Below are positions 19,131 through 29,355 of a DNA stretch of 64,000 nucleotides, in pieces. Under the pieces are notes generated by a model that saw only the letters and a list, made by a program, of their open reading frames with translations, searched no databases and had not been told where the DNA came from. The position numbers and the translations under genes are program-made. The stretch comes from a virus (Duplodnaviria > Caudoviricetes): positions 1,913 to 65,912 of the IMG/VR virus record IMGVR_UViG_3300005686_000039; one strand, 5' to 3'. The stretch's first letter is position 1. Each line of letters begins with the position of its first letter.

Positions 19131-19814
19131 ATGGCTATGAGCAAGGAAGAACTGGCCGCCAGGAAGCGCGAGTTGCGTGCGCAGATGAAAGCCAACGACC
19201 CGGAGCGGTACGCGGAAGAGAAGCGGAAGAACCGCGAGCGCAACAACGCTCGCTATGCCGCCGATCCCGAATACCGCGCCCGTGTCAACGCGCGGAACAA
19301 GGAGGCGAAGCGCCTGGAGCGGGTTGCCATGCAAACCGATCCGGCCGTGCGAGACCGAGTGAACGCGCAGTGGCGCAAGTGGTACTACGCCAACGGCGGC
19401 AAGGAGCAGGCGGCGCGCAAGCGAGCCAACCGGGCAGCCCGAGGTGTGTGCAGGCTCTGCGCTACACCAGTTCACGCGCGGTCTTCGATGTGCGAGAAGC
19501 ACCACTGGATGGTGCTGTGCAACAACCACGGGCTGCCGACTAGCCAGTGGGAGATGCTTCGCGCGCTCGCCGAAGCGCAAGACTACAAGTGCGCATACTC
19601 CGGCGTTCCGCTCGTGCTTAGTAAAGGGCTGACGATCGATCACGTCATACCGAAGAAGTCGCCGTTCTACCCCGGCGATCACGACTTCACGAACATGAAG
19701 ATCGTGCATCGGCGGGTCAACACCGCGAAGAACGACATGCCGCTTGACGAGTTCCTGCGCATGGTCGAGAACGTCTACAACGTGTCGGTAGTACCCAGGT
19801 ACACCAAACAGTGA
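19131..19814 (+). mobile_element. Free-standing HNH endonuclease gene
   Basis: C..C Zn motifs, LTIDHVIP...VHRRVNTAKND; basic N-terminus; AAAGGGGG RBS; interrupts the head operon. Confidence 0.8.
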
Positions 19815-19827
19815 AAGGAAGGCAGCA

Positions 19828-20490
19828 ATGCTGCATCAGCTATTTAATGGGGGTCAGCGCACCCGCAACCTCGATTGGGCGATGTTCCCCCAGGTCGCCC
19901 CTGGGATCGACGAGCCCATGGAGAGCGACGCTCGTCGCTCTCACGTCATGTTCTCGCTGACCCGCGACCTCTGGTTCGGCGGCGTCAGCGGCGTGACCTC
20001 GTCCGCTGGCCCGTGTGGCTGCGGCTGCGGCTCGACCAACAGCGGGTGCAAGGGCTCTATCGCCCTGAACCACTACATCAGCGAGACGCCGATCGTGGCC
20101 GGCGATGTGATCCAGACGCACATCCTGCCCCGCCGGTCGATGCTGATGTTCGTGCACTGGTCGGTCGAAAGCCCGATCGATCCGTTCACGTTCGACCTGC
20201 GCGTTCGCGGGCAGGCGGCGTCGATGGGTGGCACCGAGGCTGCGCCGGTCAACCTCGTCCTGCAGGCGGGCATCAACGGCACCGTGGCGGACAGCGGCGT
20301 GATCGACGTGTCGGCCGTCAACGGCGGCCCGCTGTACCTCGACCAGAACGACTTCATCGAGATGGTCGTGAACAGCCTTCCGCCGGCCGGCGCGTCTTCC
20401 GGCTGCTCGGACTGCGCGAGCGGCGGCATCCACGGACTTCGCGTCCTGATCTCGCCGGTCGTGATGGAGTTCCAGCGCGGCTCGTGGTGA
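19828..20490 (+). CDS. Putative head decoration protein with CGCGC and CSDC
   Basis: First structural-like gene after capsid/HNH; beta-rich. Confidence 0.55.
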   Translation: MLHQLFNGGQRTRNLDWAMFPQVAPGIDEPMESDARRSHVMFSLTRDLWFGGVSGVTSSAGPCGCGCGSTNSGCKGSIALNHYISETPIVAGDVIQTHILPRRSMLMFVHWSVESPIDPFTFDLRVRGQAASMGGTEAAPVNLVLQAGINGTVADSGVIDVSAVNGGPLYLDQNDFIEMVVNSLPPAGASSGCSDCASGGIHGLRVLISPVVMEFQRGSW

Positions 20491-20535
20491 GCCCGCTGCC
20501 TGCACAGCGAGACCAGCGTGGGAGCGTACTCGCTC

Positions 20536-20559
20536 GGGGCCGGGGTAACACCCGGCCCC
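20536..20559. terminator. GC hairpin
   Basis: GGGGCCGGG-GTAACA-CCCGGCCCC, intergenic. Confidence 0.4.
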
Positions 20560-20587
20560 ACCCAACACCAACAGAAAGGGTCCAACG

Positions 20588-20971
20588 ATGGCTGCACCTG
20601 TACGTCAAGCTCCGTTCCTGCTCGATGAGCGCAACGGTCGCATCTTCCCATTCGATCCAATCCTGGCCAAGCACCGCGCGATGAAGCCGCACTATAAGGC
20701 TCCCGTGGTGGTGAGGCCCGCCGCCGAGCAGGCGCGCGAGGACATGGTGAACTACCACGAGCGCCCCGTCCCGCCTGTCGAGCAGCGCCCTGTCGTTCAG
20801 CCGAACGAGCTGGAGACCCAGCAGCCCGAAGCCAAGGCCGAGAAGAAGGACGGTCGCAGCAAGGCCGCCCGCGACGCGCGCAAAGCGCAGCAGCAGGCGC
20901 CGCAACTGACCGCGCCGGCGCAGAGCGATATCGACGACATCATCGGCGACCTGGGCGGCGATACGGAGTGA
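20588..20971 (+). CDS. Hypothetical protein, 127 aa
   Basis: AAAGGG RBS, operon position. Confidence 0.65.
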   Translation: MAAPVRQAPFLLDERNGRIFPFDPILAKHRAMKPHYKAPVVVRPAAEQAREDMVNYHERPVPPVEQRPVVQPNELETQQPEAKAEKKDGRSKAARDARKAQQQAPQLTAPAQSDIDDIIGDLGGDTE

Positions 20972-20974
20972 CCC

Positions 20975-21715
20975 ATGTCTTGCGATCAGGGCTGCACGAC
21001 GGTAGGCACCATTCTTGACCGGGTGTCGGGGCTTCTCAACGACAGAGACCCCGCGCTCGGCAACGTGCGTTGGTCCCGTGCAGATCTGATCGGCCACCTG
21101 AACGAAGCGTTGTGCGAGCTGTCGGCGCACGTCCCGGATGCCTTCGCCGAAGTGCTCGACATCGTGCTCAAGCCGGGCGCGCAGCAGAAGCTCGCCGACA
21201 AGTTCGGCGGGCTGATCTCCATCGAGGCGCACTATGCCAACGGCGAGGCGCGGCCGGTCAGCGAGGCGAACTACCGCTATGCCAAGATCTTCAAGAAAAA
21301 GCCGTGCCTGGCTCGCAATGCTTGTGGCGGCGGCACTGGCGATCCGTGTCGCGACTACCGACTGAAAAGCTACGTGAAGAACCCGGTCGACGACACGGTC
21401 TTCACGGTCGAACCTCCGGTCCCTCCGGGCTGCAGCATTACCGTCAAGGCGACTGTGTACGGGCGCCCGTCGCGGTTCTGCTCCGCCGACGAGAAGAAGT
21501 GCCTTGGCATCGGCTGCGAGTACGAGGCGCAGGTCGTCAACTGGATCTTGTACCGCGCGTTCTCGGTCGACATGGAGAGCACGCAGTCGCGTGACAACGC
21601 GAAGCTCTACTACGAGCTGTTCAATCGCGGCATCGAGTTGAAGAACCGCGCCGCCCTGCGCGTCGAGAAAGAGATCGACGAGGCGGCGGGCAACAGGACC
21701 GGGAGGCAACGATGA
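20975..21715 (+). CDS. Head-tail adaptor-like protein (DUF6682-like)
   Basis: RWSRADLIGHLNEAL...PDAF motif; 10 Cys. Confidence 0.6.
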   Translation: MSCDQGCTTVGTILDRVSGLLNDRDPALGNVRWSRADLIGHLNEALCELSAHVPDAFAEVLDIVLKPGAQQKLADKFGGLISIEAHYANGEARPVSEANYRYAKIFKKKPCLARNACGGGTGDPCRDYRLKSYVKNPVDDTVFTVEPPVPPGCSITVKATVYGRPSRFCSADEKKCLGIGCEYEAQVVNWILYRAFSVDMESTQSRDNAKLYYELFNRGIELKNRAALRVEKEIDEAAGNRTGRQR

Positions 21716-22350
21716 GCTGCGGCTGCGACGCCCGCGACGACATGGTCCCCCTCGACGAGTTCGTCCCCTACGTCCTCCCGAGCGTGCCCGAGGCGCCCGA
21801 AGAGATGGTGGCGCACTACGTCCGCATGGCCGCGATCGACTTCTGCCGCCGGACGCACGTCGTCAAGGCAACGGTCACGTTCGATCTGCAGAAGGGCGTG
21901 AGCGACTACTGCTTCGACTGCATCGATGGGCTCAAGCCTTTCGTGCTCAACAGCGTGTGCCTCGGGAGCAAGAAGCTGCCGTCGCTGCGCGAGACACCGT
22001 GCCCCGGCCCGACGTGCGCCTACGGGTACTCCTATGACGGAGCGTACGATGTTCTTGTGTTCCCGGCCCCGAAGTGCGACGTGCCCCAAGGGCTGTCCAT
22101 CGAGGCTGTTATGCAGCCTGACCAAGATGCTTGCGAGCTGCCGCGCATCCTTTACGAGCAATACGCAGAGGCCCTGGCTGACGGCGCACTACACCGTCTG
22201 CTGTCTCTACCGACCGCAGACTGGTTCAACAACTCGGCCGCCGGCATCCACATGCGGCGGTTCATCAACGCGATGACGCAGGCCAAGCTGCTCGTGGCTC
22301 GCCGTAACGTCAACGGCCCGCTCGTGGCGCAAGCGCCGAGGTGGGTGTGA
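21712..22350 (+). CDS. Head-tail adaptor/connector-like protein
   Basis: LDEFVPYVLPSVP.AP....VRMAAIDFCRRT motif; 10 Cys. Confidence 0.6.
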   Translation: MSCGCDARDDMVPLDEFVPYVLPSVPEAPEEMVAHYVRMAAIDFCRRTHVVKATVTFDLQKGVSDYCFDCIDGLKPFVLNSVCLGSKKLPSLRETPCPGPTCAYGYSYDGAYDVLVFPAPKCDVPQGLSIEAVMQPDQDACELPRILYEQYAEALADGALHRLLSLPTADWFNNSAAGIHMRRFINAMTQAKLLVARRNVNGPLVAQAPRWV

Positions 22351-23120
22351 TGGGATGCTCGACATGCAAATGCGAGGACGCTCACCCATTGTCGTCGTGC
22401 GGCTGTGGCTGCAAGCCGCCGCCGAAGCCCTGCGCGCCGCCAACGATCCTGTCGTGCGCGGCGAAAGTAAAAGTGCTCGCAAGCGACGCAGGCGTCGTCT
22501 TGCCAAGGAGCTGCATCTGCACTGACGGGCTCGACGTGTCGCTGCTCAAGATGCGCGTGCGCCGGCGCGGCGAATGCGAGTGGACCCTGGAGTACCCCGC
22601 GTGGGATCTCGACGACGCGGGCGGCGTGCGCTTCCTGCTCGATGACCTGTTTTTCAAGCAGAAGCTCGGGCGCTACGAGGCGGAGCTGGCCTACGACGGA
22701 GAGCGCTGCGCGACCATCGAGATCGACTACCGCAAGAAATGCCCGGTATCGGCGAAGCGACCTGCGCCGATCAAGCGCGTCGAGCCGTGCTATCCGAGCG
22801 CCCCGCAAGGAGTGAACCCCGTGTTCGAGCCCCTTTACACGTTCTGCACGTCGCTGTGTTCGATCATGGAGAAGGACGCCCAAGTGCTCCCGATCTGCGA
22901 TCCGTCGCTGTTGTGCGGCCTCGTGCTGTGCCGCCCGGTCCAGCTCGCGATCGACGACGGTGTGCACCACGAGCTGGTGGAGTTCTCAGCCTGCCAGTCT
23001 GGCGCAGTCGTCGTCACGCGCGGCGTGGGCGGTACGACGCCCCAGCGCTTTCCGGCGGGCTCTCGTGTGATGTTCGTATGGTCGCCGGACAACGTGACCG
23101 CCGCAGTCGAGGGGTGCTGA
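22350..23120 (+). CDS. Very Cys-rich virion protein (21 Cys in 256 aa)
   Basis: TGATG coupling; MGCSTCKC...CGCGC; C-terminal V.RGVGGT.P..FPAGS resembles tail-associated beta domains. Confidence 0.65.
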   Translation: MGCSTCKCEDAHPLSSCGCGCKPPPKPCAPPTILSCAAKVKVLASDAGVVLPRSCICTDGLDVSLLKMRVRRRGECEWTLEYPAWDLDDAGGVRFLLDDLFFKQKLGRYEAELAYDGERCATIEIDYRKKCPVSAKRPAPIKRVEPCYPSAPQGVNPVFEPLYTFCTSLCSIMEKDAQVLPICDPSLLCGLVLCRPVQLAIDDGVHHELVEFSACQSGAVVVTRGVGGTTPQRFPAGSRVMFVWSPDNVTAAVEGC

Positions 23121-23123
23121 CCC

Positions 23124-24743
23124 ATGCACATGAATACGACCCACTCGATCACCGCCGACGCGACGAAGGTACGCATCACGGGGCTCGACGCGGCGATCTG
23201 CCCGGCGATGGACGGCGCGCACCACGCGCGCCTGGAGATCTACACCGCGCTCGGGAGCGAGGTTGTCGTCGCGACGGAGTGCAGCGGGACCGAGTTGACG
23301 ATCGCGCGAGGCTACGCGGGCACCGAGCCCCGTGACTGGCCGGCGTTTGCGTGTGTGAAGCTGCTGGAGATAGTCGATCAGCCTCTCGGTGAGACCGAGC
23401 GGGGCGAGTGCTGCGAGTGTCTTGATGGCGTATCTGTTGGTACGGGTCTGATCCTAACTCGCCCCGACCCGTGCGCGTTGCGTTTCGACTTGAAGCCGTC
23501 CGGCGTGGTGCCTGGCGTCTACTGCGGCATGACTGTCAACGAGTTCGGTCAGATCACGTCGCTCGATCCGTCGTTCCCGGCGTCGTGCATCCCGGTGTTC
23601 AATCCGTGCGGCCCGTGCGACGAGGGTGGCACCGGCGGAGGTGCGGTCAATGCTGCCACGGTTTCTTACACGCCGATCTCGGCGCCGCCGTTCGCCCTCG
23701 GCCCGACCGTCCAAGACGCAATCCGCCAGCTCGAAGCAGGGCTCGCGGCAATCCCGCCTCCGAGCGGAATTGAAACTGCGGCGGCTGGCGCTGGCATTGT
23801 TGTCGGCGGGACATCAACGGACATCACGATCAGCCTTGAGCCTAGCGGCATCGCACCGGGGACGTACGCCGGGTTCACGATTGACCAGTATGGTCGCGTC
23901 ACTGGCTACACCGCAGTCGGTGGCGGCGGGGGCTCCGTTACCCTACCCAACTTCGCCGACGCTGCGCCCATCAACATCAGCTACAACGCCGGCACGAACA
24001 CCTACACATGGACGATCGACGACGCCGGCATCGGGGCCAAAGGCGTCGTATCGCTTGCGAACCCGACGCAGGTCACGGCGGGCACCGCAGCCAACGACGA
24101 CGTGATCAGCTACCAGTCGCTCGCGCTCGTCAAGGCGGGCGTGGAGGCCGACTACAACAACCAGATCGCCATCGAGCGCGCGAGGATCGACCAGAACGAC
24201 CTCGACATCAACTCGATGAACACGCACATCGGCGACATCGAGGCCACCACGATCACGGGTACGGATGGCCTCTCGGGTGGCGGCGACCTGTCGGCGAACC
24301 GCCAGATCAAGCTCGACTACGACAGCCTGCCGGCGCACACGATCCTCGATCCGATCGACCTAGCGAACGACAAGCTGTCGTACTTCGACGCGAGCGCGGG
24401 CGTCCACAAGTCGATCAAGCTGCAAGAGCTGGCCGACATGATCGGTGCGCCTCGGGCGGCGGCGCTCTGCACGAGCACGGGCACGATCGTCTCGCACCGG
24501 AACGTCGCAAGCGTGTCGCCGAGCGGGGCGGGCGTGTTCAACGTCACGCTCGCGTCGCCGATGCCGAGCGTCAACTACATCGTCAACGCCATGGCGCACG
24601 ATCCGTCGCCGGGCACGCGCGGCGTGTGCGACGGCGTGCTGGTGGTGATACAGAGCGCGACCGTGTTCACACTGCACTTCACCAACGGCAACGGCCTCGC
24701 GGCGAGCGCGTCGCGGTTCTCGTTCCAAGTCTGTTCGCTGTGA
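23124..24743 (+). CDS. Tail/fibre-like protein with Cys-rich N-terminus
   Basis: GECCEC, PCGPC; GLSGGGDLSANR repeat shared with 10993-14070. Confidence 0.65.
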   Translation: MHMNTTHSITADATKVRITGLDAAICPAMDGAHHARLEIYTALGSEVVVATECSGTELTIARGYAGTEPRDWPAFACVKLLEIVDQPLGETERGECCECLDGVSVGTGLILTRPDPCALRFDLKPSGVVPGVYCGMTVNEFGQITSLDPSFPASCIPVFNPCGPCDEGGTGGGAVNAATVSYTPISAPPFALGPTVQDAIRQLEAGLAAIPPPSGIETAAAGAGIVVGGTSTDITISLEPSGIAPGTYAGFTIDQYGRVTGYTAVGGGGGSVTLPNFADAAPINISYNAGTNTYTWTIDDAGIGAKGVVSLANPTQVTAGTAANDDVISYQSLALVKAGVEADYNNQIAIERARIDQNDLDINSMNTHIGDIEATTITGTDGLSGGGDLSANRQIKLDYDSLPAHTILDPIDLANDKLSYFDASAGVHKSIKLQELADMIGAPRAAALCTSTGTIVSHRNVASVSPSGAGVFNVTLASPMPSVNYIVNAMAHDPSPGTRGVCDGVLVVIQSATVFTLHFTNGNGLAASASRFSFQVCSL

Positions 24744-24749
24744 GGCACC

Positions 24750-26534
24750 GTGGCGACCATCCGCACCACACGCTTCGCCGGGCTCCGCCCGGCGGTCTCG
24801 TCGCGCGAGATTGACCGCAATCGAGCAGTAGTTGCGCACAATGCGCGGCTCGTGGACGGGTCTTTGCGCTCGTTTCGCTCGCCAGTGCACATTCGCAGCG
24901 AGACGTTCGACATCAAGACGATCCACCTCCCGAGCGACATGGGCTGCTGCACCGAGCCCGTCGCGTACGACCACTGCGTCTCCATCACTGAGACGCCAAC
25001 CGAGGGGTCGTGCTGCTGCTGGGGGCACATGATCGCGTGGCACCACAACTGCACCGAGCCCGAGTGGGTCGACGTGTGCGAGAAGACGACGTGCCAGCTC
25101 ACACTCCCGGCACCGGCCGTGCCGCTCACGCCGATGCTGCTGGTCGACGGCACGATGAACGACGCCAACTGCGGCGACGACTGCTCGCCGTACAAGGGGC
25201 CGGACCAGCGGTCCTACACGTACACATGGATCAACTGCTCTGGCGCGGAGAGCCGCCCCGCGCCGCCGTCGCCTGCTGTCCTTGCGTACGACGATCAGAC
25301 ATGGAGCTTGTGCGGCTTCGACACGCCGCCGGCCAACGCGGTCGCGGTGAGGATCTATCGCACCAGCTCGACGCTCGAAGACGGCAGCAAGGTGAGCCAG
25401 GCGTTCGACACCACGTTTCAGCTCGTCGAGGAAATCGAACTCGACCCCGGCGCCGCGCTGCCGCCCGCCCTGGCGGGCAACTGCTACGTCGACAATAAGC
25501 GCCTCGCCGACATCGCGTGGGGCACGCTGCTCACGCACCACAACTGCGATCCGCCGGCCTGCATGGATCAGGTCGTCGTCACCGAGCAGGGCTACCACGT
25601 CGGCTTCCACGGCAACGACCTCTACGTCAGCGAGCGCAACGAGCCGCATAACTGGCCCGAGAAGTATCGGTGTGTGCTGCCAGACAAGATCGTCGGCATT
25701 GTCGCGCACTACGACATGGTCTACGTCGTCACGACCGGGCGCCCGTACCGGGTGAACATCGCGTTCCGCGCAGCCGGCGCGGAGGCGGACGCCACGGTCG
25801 ATCCGGTTCCGTACCCGGAGCGGTACCCCTGCCTGCAGCGCCAGACGCTCGTCGAGACCTCGTTCGGCGCGATGTACGTCAGCGAGCGCGGGCTGGTCGC
25901 GCTGCAGCCCAATGGCAACGCCGTGCTCATGTCGAAGCCCCGCATCGGCGAGGACGACTGGATCCGGTTCATGCCCAACATGGCGGTCTGGTGGCAGGGC
26001 AAGTATGTCGGCGTGCGGTCTCCAGCGGGCATCGGGTTCATCTTCGACGTGCTCGACCGGGCGGAAGGTGGCCTCGACCTCGGCGACTTCGTGACGATCG
26101 ACCTGCCGGCGGACGCCATTCACGCCGGGCGCGACGGGCGCCTCTACTACTCCAAGGGCGCGGACCTGTTCGCTTTTGGTGAAGGTACAACTTTCACGGA
26201 GTACACCTGGCGGTCGAAGACGTTCCGCATGAACGCCCCCGTGGCCATGTCGGCGGCGAAAGTGGTGGGCGATTTCGGCGGCCCTGTCACTTTTTCGCTG
26301 TACGTTGGGACATCGAACGTGGCATACTACAGCCGTGTAGTTACATCCAGCGAGCCGTTCCGCCTTCCAGCTCGGGGGCGTTTCATCGAATGGCAGGTGG
26401 AGATCAAGGGGCGTACCCGTGTTCATGAGGTTCACGTCGGGCCGTCTCTTTGGGATCTGGCCCGCGATCTGGAGGACGCCCGAGGCGGGCGCTCCATCAA
26501 CGTCGGAGGGCTGAGAGATGAGGGTGTGGGCTGA
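24750..26534 (+). CDS. Putative tail nozzle/tubular protein
   Basis: 594 aa; N-terminal F.GL.P...A.NA.L.DG.L pattern typical of podovirus tail nozzle proteins; 18 Cys. Confidence 0.6.
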   Translation: MATIRTTRFAGLRPAVSSREIDRNRAVVAHNARLVDGSLRSFRSPVHIRSETFDIKTIHLPSDMGCCTEPVAYDHCVSITETPTEGSCCCWGHMIAWHHNCTEPEWVDVCEKTTCQLTLPAPAVPLTPMLLVDGTMNDANCGDDCSPYKGPDQRSYTYTWINCSGAESRPAPPSPAVLAYDDQTWSLCGFDTPPANAVAVRIYRTSSTLEDGSKVSQAFDTTFQLVEEIELDPGAALPPALAGNCYVDNKRLADIAWGTLLTHHNCDPPACMDQVVVTEQGYHVGFHGNDLYVSERNEPHNWPEKYRCVLPDKIVGIVAHYDMVYVVTTGRPYRVNIAFRAAGAEADATVDPVPYPERYPCLQRQTLVETSFGAMYVSERGLVALQPNGNAVLMSKPRIGEDDWIRFMPNMAVWWQGKYVGVRSPAGIGFIFDVLDRAEGGLDLGDFVTIDLPADAIHAGRDGRLYYSKGADLFAFGEGTTFTEYTWRSKTFRMNAPVAMSAAKVVGDFGGPVTFSLYVGTSNVAYYSRVVTSSEPFRLPARGRFIEWQVEIKGRTRVHEVHVGPSLWDLARDLEDARGGRSINVGGLRDEGVG

Positions 26535-26967
26535 TCAGACGAACCGGGTGCTCCGTGAGCACCTGAGCGAGCCGGCGGCAGCCGCGTGCTTTGCGCTGCT
26601 GTCCGCGATGCGCACGGTCGAGGAAGTCCTGTCCGGCAAGGGCGCCGAGGACGACGTGAAGCGCGGCGTCGTGCAGATGCTCGTCGACCTGTCCTACGGG
26701 CTGCAGTTCAACCCCTTCTGGCAGAAGGCGGCGCCGCTTGTGCAGCCCGTGTTCACGGCGGCCATCGTCGCGTGGTTCGACAGCATGCGCTACGGCGAGC
26801 GCGCGATGGCTGACCGTACGGACAACGGACACGGGGCGAAGGCGTTCGCCACCAAGAACGTGATCTTCGAGGTGGCCATGATGGTGTTCCTCGCCGACAA
26901 GGGGCCTAACGCGGTCTCGGGCGAGGGGGTGAAGTTCCGTGACGCGCTTGCGTCCATCAAGGGGTGA
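26518..26967 (+). CDS. Hypothetical protein, 149 aa
   Basis: Overlap-coupled in the operon. Confidence 0.65.
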   Translation: MRVWADQTNRVLREHLSEPAAAACFALLSAMRTVEEVLSGKGAEDDVKRGVVQMLVDLSYGLQFNPFWQKAAPLVQPVFTAAIVAWFDSMRYGERAMADRTDNGHGAKAFATKNVIFEVAMMVFLADKGPNAVSGEGVKFRDALASIKG

Positions 26968-26971
26968 GTAA

Positions 26972-28090
26972 ATGGCCGGCGGCACGCAGATCGGTACTGC
27001 TACGCAGAGCAATACCTACAACGACAACGACACCTTCGAGAGCTTGAAGGCTGACGCCACGCGGGCGTGGGCGGCCGAAGGCATGGCGTCGTACTCCGGC
27101 GCCATCATCACGGCGGCGCAGACCCAGGCTGCGGCGTACACGGCGGTCAACGCCACGCAGAACGGGTGGATGTCGGTGCTCGCCGGCCTCATCGGCACGT
27201 ACGGGCTGATCAAGCAGTACGAGCTGCAGAAGGAGCAGATGAAGCTCGCCGAGCGCGGCGTGAACCAGGCCGAGGGCTACCTGACGCTCGCGCAGAACAA
27301 CTATTCGGTGATCGCGCTGCCGACGTTCACGCGCCAGCGCGACTTGTTCGATCGCTACCTGAACCAGTTCTCTGGCTACGAGGCGACATACCTCGCCGAC
27401 GCGTTCCGCCTGAAAGAATACTGCCCCGACTACACGCTGCAGGAGGGCCGCGCTCTCGGGCGCGTGCAGGCGCAGTTCGACCGGGCGGCGCTGCAGCGTC
27501 GTCGCCAGACGGGCAAGTACAACTGCGGCCGGGCGTGCCACGACACAACGATGAACTCGATCATGCTGGCGCTTGCCAAGGTCGACGCGGCGAACCATGC
27601 CTACCGTTACGAAGAGCAGAAGAAGCAGCACCTCGACGAGTGGTACTGGAAGCGCCGCAGCGACGGCGCACGCATCGTCGACAGCATGGCCGGGCGGGTC
27701 GTATCGGGCATCATCAACGGCGTCGCGGCGGCGACCGGCGCGCTCAACGGCATCGGCACGGCCAGCAGCTCGCTCCGCCTCGCCGGCCAGCAGGCGATGG
27801 CCGCGTACGACAACAGCTCGGACTTTTGGGGCTCGATCTCCAACGGCGCGTTCCGCATGGCCGGCTACGGCGTCGGGCGCTTCGGCAGCTCCATGTTCGG
27901 CGGGCAGCAGGCGGCGGCGCCGATGGGCAACTGGTCTACGACGGTCAGCCCGGCCGGCGGCTTCAATCTCAAAGACGGCGAGTACGGCGGCGCGACCGGC
28001 CTGGGCGCGTTCAACCCGGCGGCCACGGCGCGCAGCGACGCAATCTACGCCGACCTGTTCGCGGGCGGCGGGCACCTTGGGGGCTTCTGA
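26972..28090 (+). CDS. Putative internal virion (ejection) protein
   Basis: Gly/Ala-rich helical protein after the tail genes. Confidence 0.55.
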   Translation: MAGGTQIGTATQSNTYNDNDTFESLKADATRAWAAEGMASYSGAIITAAQTQAAAYTAVNATQNGWMSVLAGLIGTYGLIKQYELQKEQMKLAERGVNQAEGYLTLAQNNYSVIALPTFTRQRDLFDRYLNQFSGYEATYLADAFRLKEYCPDYTLQEGRALGRVQAQFDRAALQRRRQTGKYNCGRACHDTTMNSIMLALAKVDAANHAYRYEEQKKQHLDEWYWKRRSDGARIVDSMAGRVVSGIINGVAAATGALNGIGTASSSLRLAGQQAMAAYDNSSDFWGSISNGAFRMAGYGVGRFGSSMFGGQQAAAPMGNWSTTVSPAGGFNLKDGEYGGATGLGAFNPAATARSDAIYADLFAGGGHLGGF

Positions 28091-28746
28091 TGGCACGCAG
28101 GAATTTCATCGATCCGTTCGGTCAGCTTCTCAACGGCTACCGCGAAGGCGAGAAGGACTACTACGACAACATCCTGCGGCGGTTGCAGATCGCCGAGAAG
28201 ATGAACGATATGGAGATCAAGCGGGCGAAGTCCAACCAGTCGCTCACGATGAACGACGAGCAGCGGGCGCGCACGAAGGCAGGACAGCCGGCGGCGGACG
28301 AGCTGCGCAACGTCAACCTGCAGATCGCCAAGGAACGGCTCGCCACGGCGCGCATGAACCGCGCCGAGAAGGCGCGCGAGATCGAGAAGGCCCGCACCGC
28401 CGACAGCCAGGTTCCGCTCGGCTACGGCGGCGGGCGACCGGACGACACCGATCTCGCGCCAAACAACCCCCGGATCGCAGGCGACGTGCGCGGCGCGCGA
28501 CAGGCGGCACCGGCGAAGGAGTTCGAGCAGGAGACCATCGACGACGCGGAGGCCCAGGCGCGGCGCGACGCGGCCAAGGCGCGCAGCCAGGCCAAGCGCA
28601 GCCCGCGCACATCGCAGGCGGATCCGATGATCGACGATACGGGCGGCGCTGGCGACCCGCTCAAGAAAGTGCTGTTCGTGGACGAGCAGGACTACAACGA
28701 GGACGACGGGGCCGGGTTCAACTTCGAGCAGGAGTACGCCGTATGA
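28090..28746 (+). CDS. Putative internal virion protein (MARRNFIDPF...)
   Basis: TGATG coupling; start re-assigned within ORF 27067-28746. Confidence 0.6.
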   Translation: MARRNFIDPFGQLLNGYREGEKDYYDNILRRLQIAEKMNDMEIKRAKSNQSLTMNDEQRARTKAGQPAADELRNVNLQIAKERLATARMNRAEKAREIEKARTADSQVPLGYGGGRPDDTDLAPNNPRIAGDVRGARQAAPAKEFEQETIDDAEAQARRDAAKARSQAKRSPRTSQADPMIDDTGGAGDPLKKVLFVDEQDYNEDDGAGFNFEQEYAV

Positions 28747-29327
28747 TGTTCGAGGACATGATCGGCGTGAGCGCCAACCCGTTCGCGGTGCCTGCGAACC
28801 CCGTGCCGATGGAGCCCACCGAGCTGCAGCGCCAGCTCTACACGGACGATCCCAAGCTCGACGCTCCGCGCTCGCAGGCGAAAGACCTATCGCTCGACGC
28901 GCTGCTGCACGAGATGCGCAAGGCGCACCGCACGACTGTCACCGCCCGGTTGGGCGTCAATCCAGGCGAGGCGTACTACACGTCGCCGGTCTACGCGCCG
29001 TCCGCTCCGACGCTGCTTGACGACACGGGCGCCGGCACGCCGTTCGACGAAGAGGAAGTCGCGCCCGCGCGCGACGCCGTGGGCGCTGACGACGTGTTCG
29101 GCCGGTATCTGGCCGACAGCTTCGGCGGCGATACGGACCCCATGCAGCCGATCCTCGGCGGGCAGTCGGGCGTGTTCCCCATCACGCCGGAGACGTACGA
29201 GCCGCTGATGGAGATCCTGCCGCCCAACATCGGGTCACTGTCGAAGTACGGGTACAGCGAGCCACTGACGGACCCCAACGGCCAGCTCTTGCGCGAAGCC
29301 CTGCGCAAGCTGGTGCGCTCCGTCTAA
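28743..29327 (+). CDS. Acidic Pro-rich hypothetical protein (MMFEDMIG...)
   Basis: ATGA overlap; start re-assigned within ORF 27573-29327. Confidence 0.6.
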   Translation: MMFEDMIGVSANPFAVPANPVPMEPTELQRQLYTDDPKLDAPRSQAKDLSLDALLHEMRKAHRTTVTARLGVNPGEAYYTSPVYAPSAPTLLDDTGAGTPFDEEEVAPARDAVGADDVFGRYLADSFGGDTDPMQPILGGQSGVFPITPETYEPLMEILPPNIGSLSKYGYSEPLTDPNGQLLREALRKLVRSV

Positions 29328-29355
29328 TCGACCGACCTACCTACGGACATCACAC

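Noticed and set aside
18998-19828. Group I intron housing the HNH gene
   Set aside because: The capsid gene ends normally before it, the next gene has its own RBS and start, and the flanks are too short for a ribozyme core
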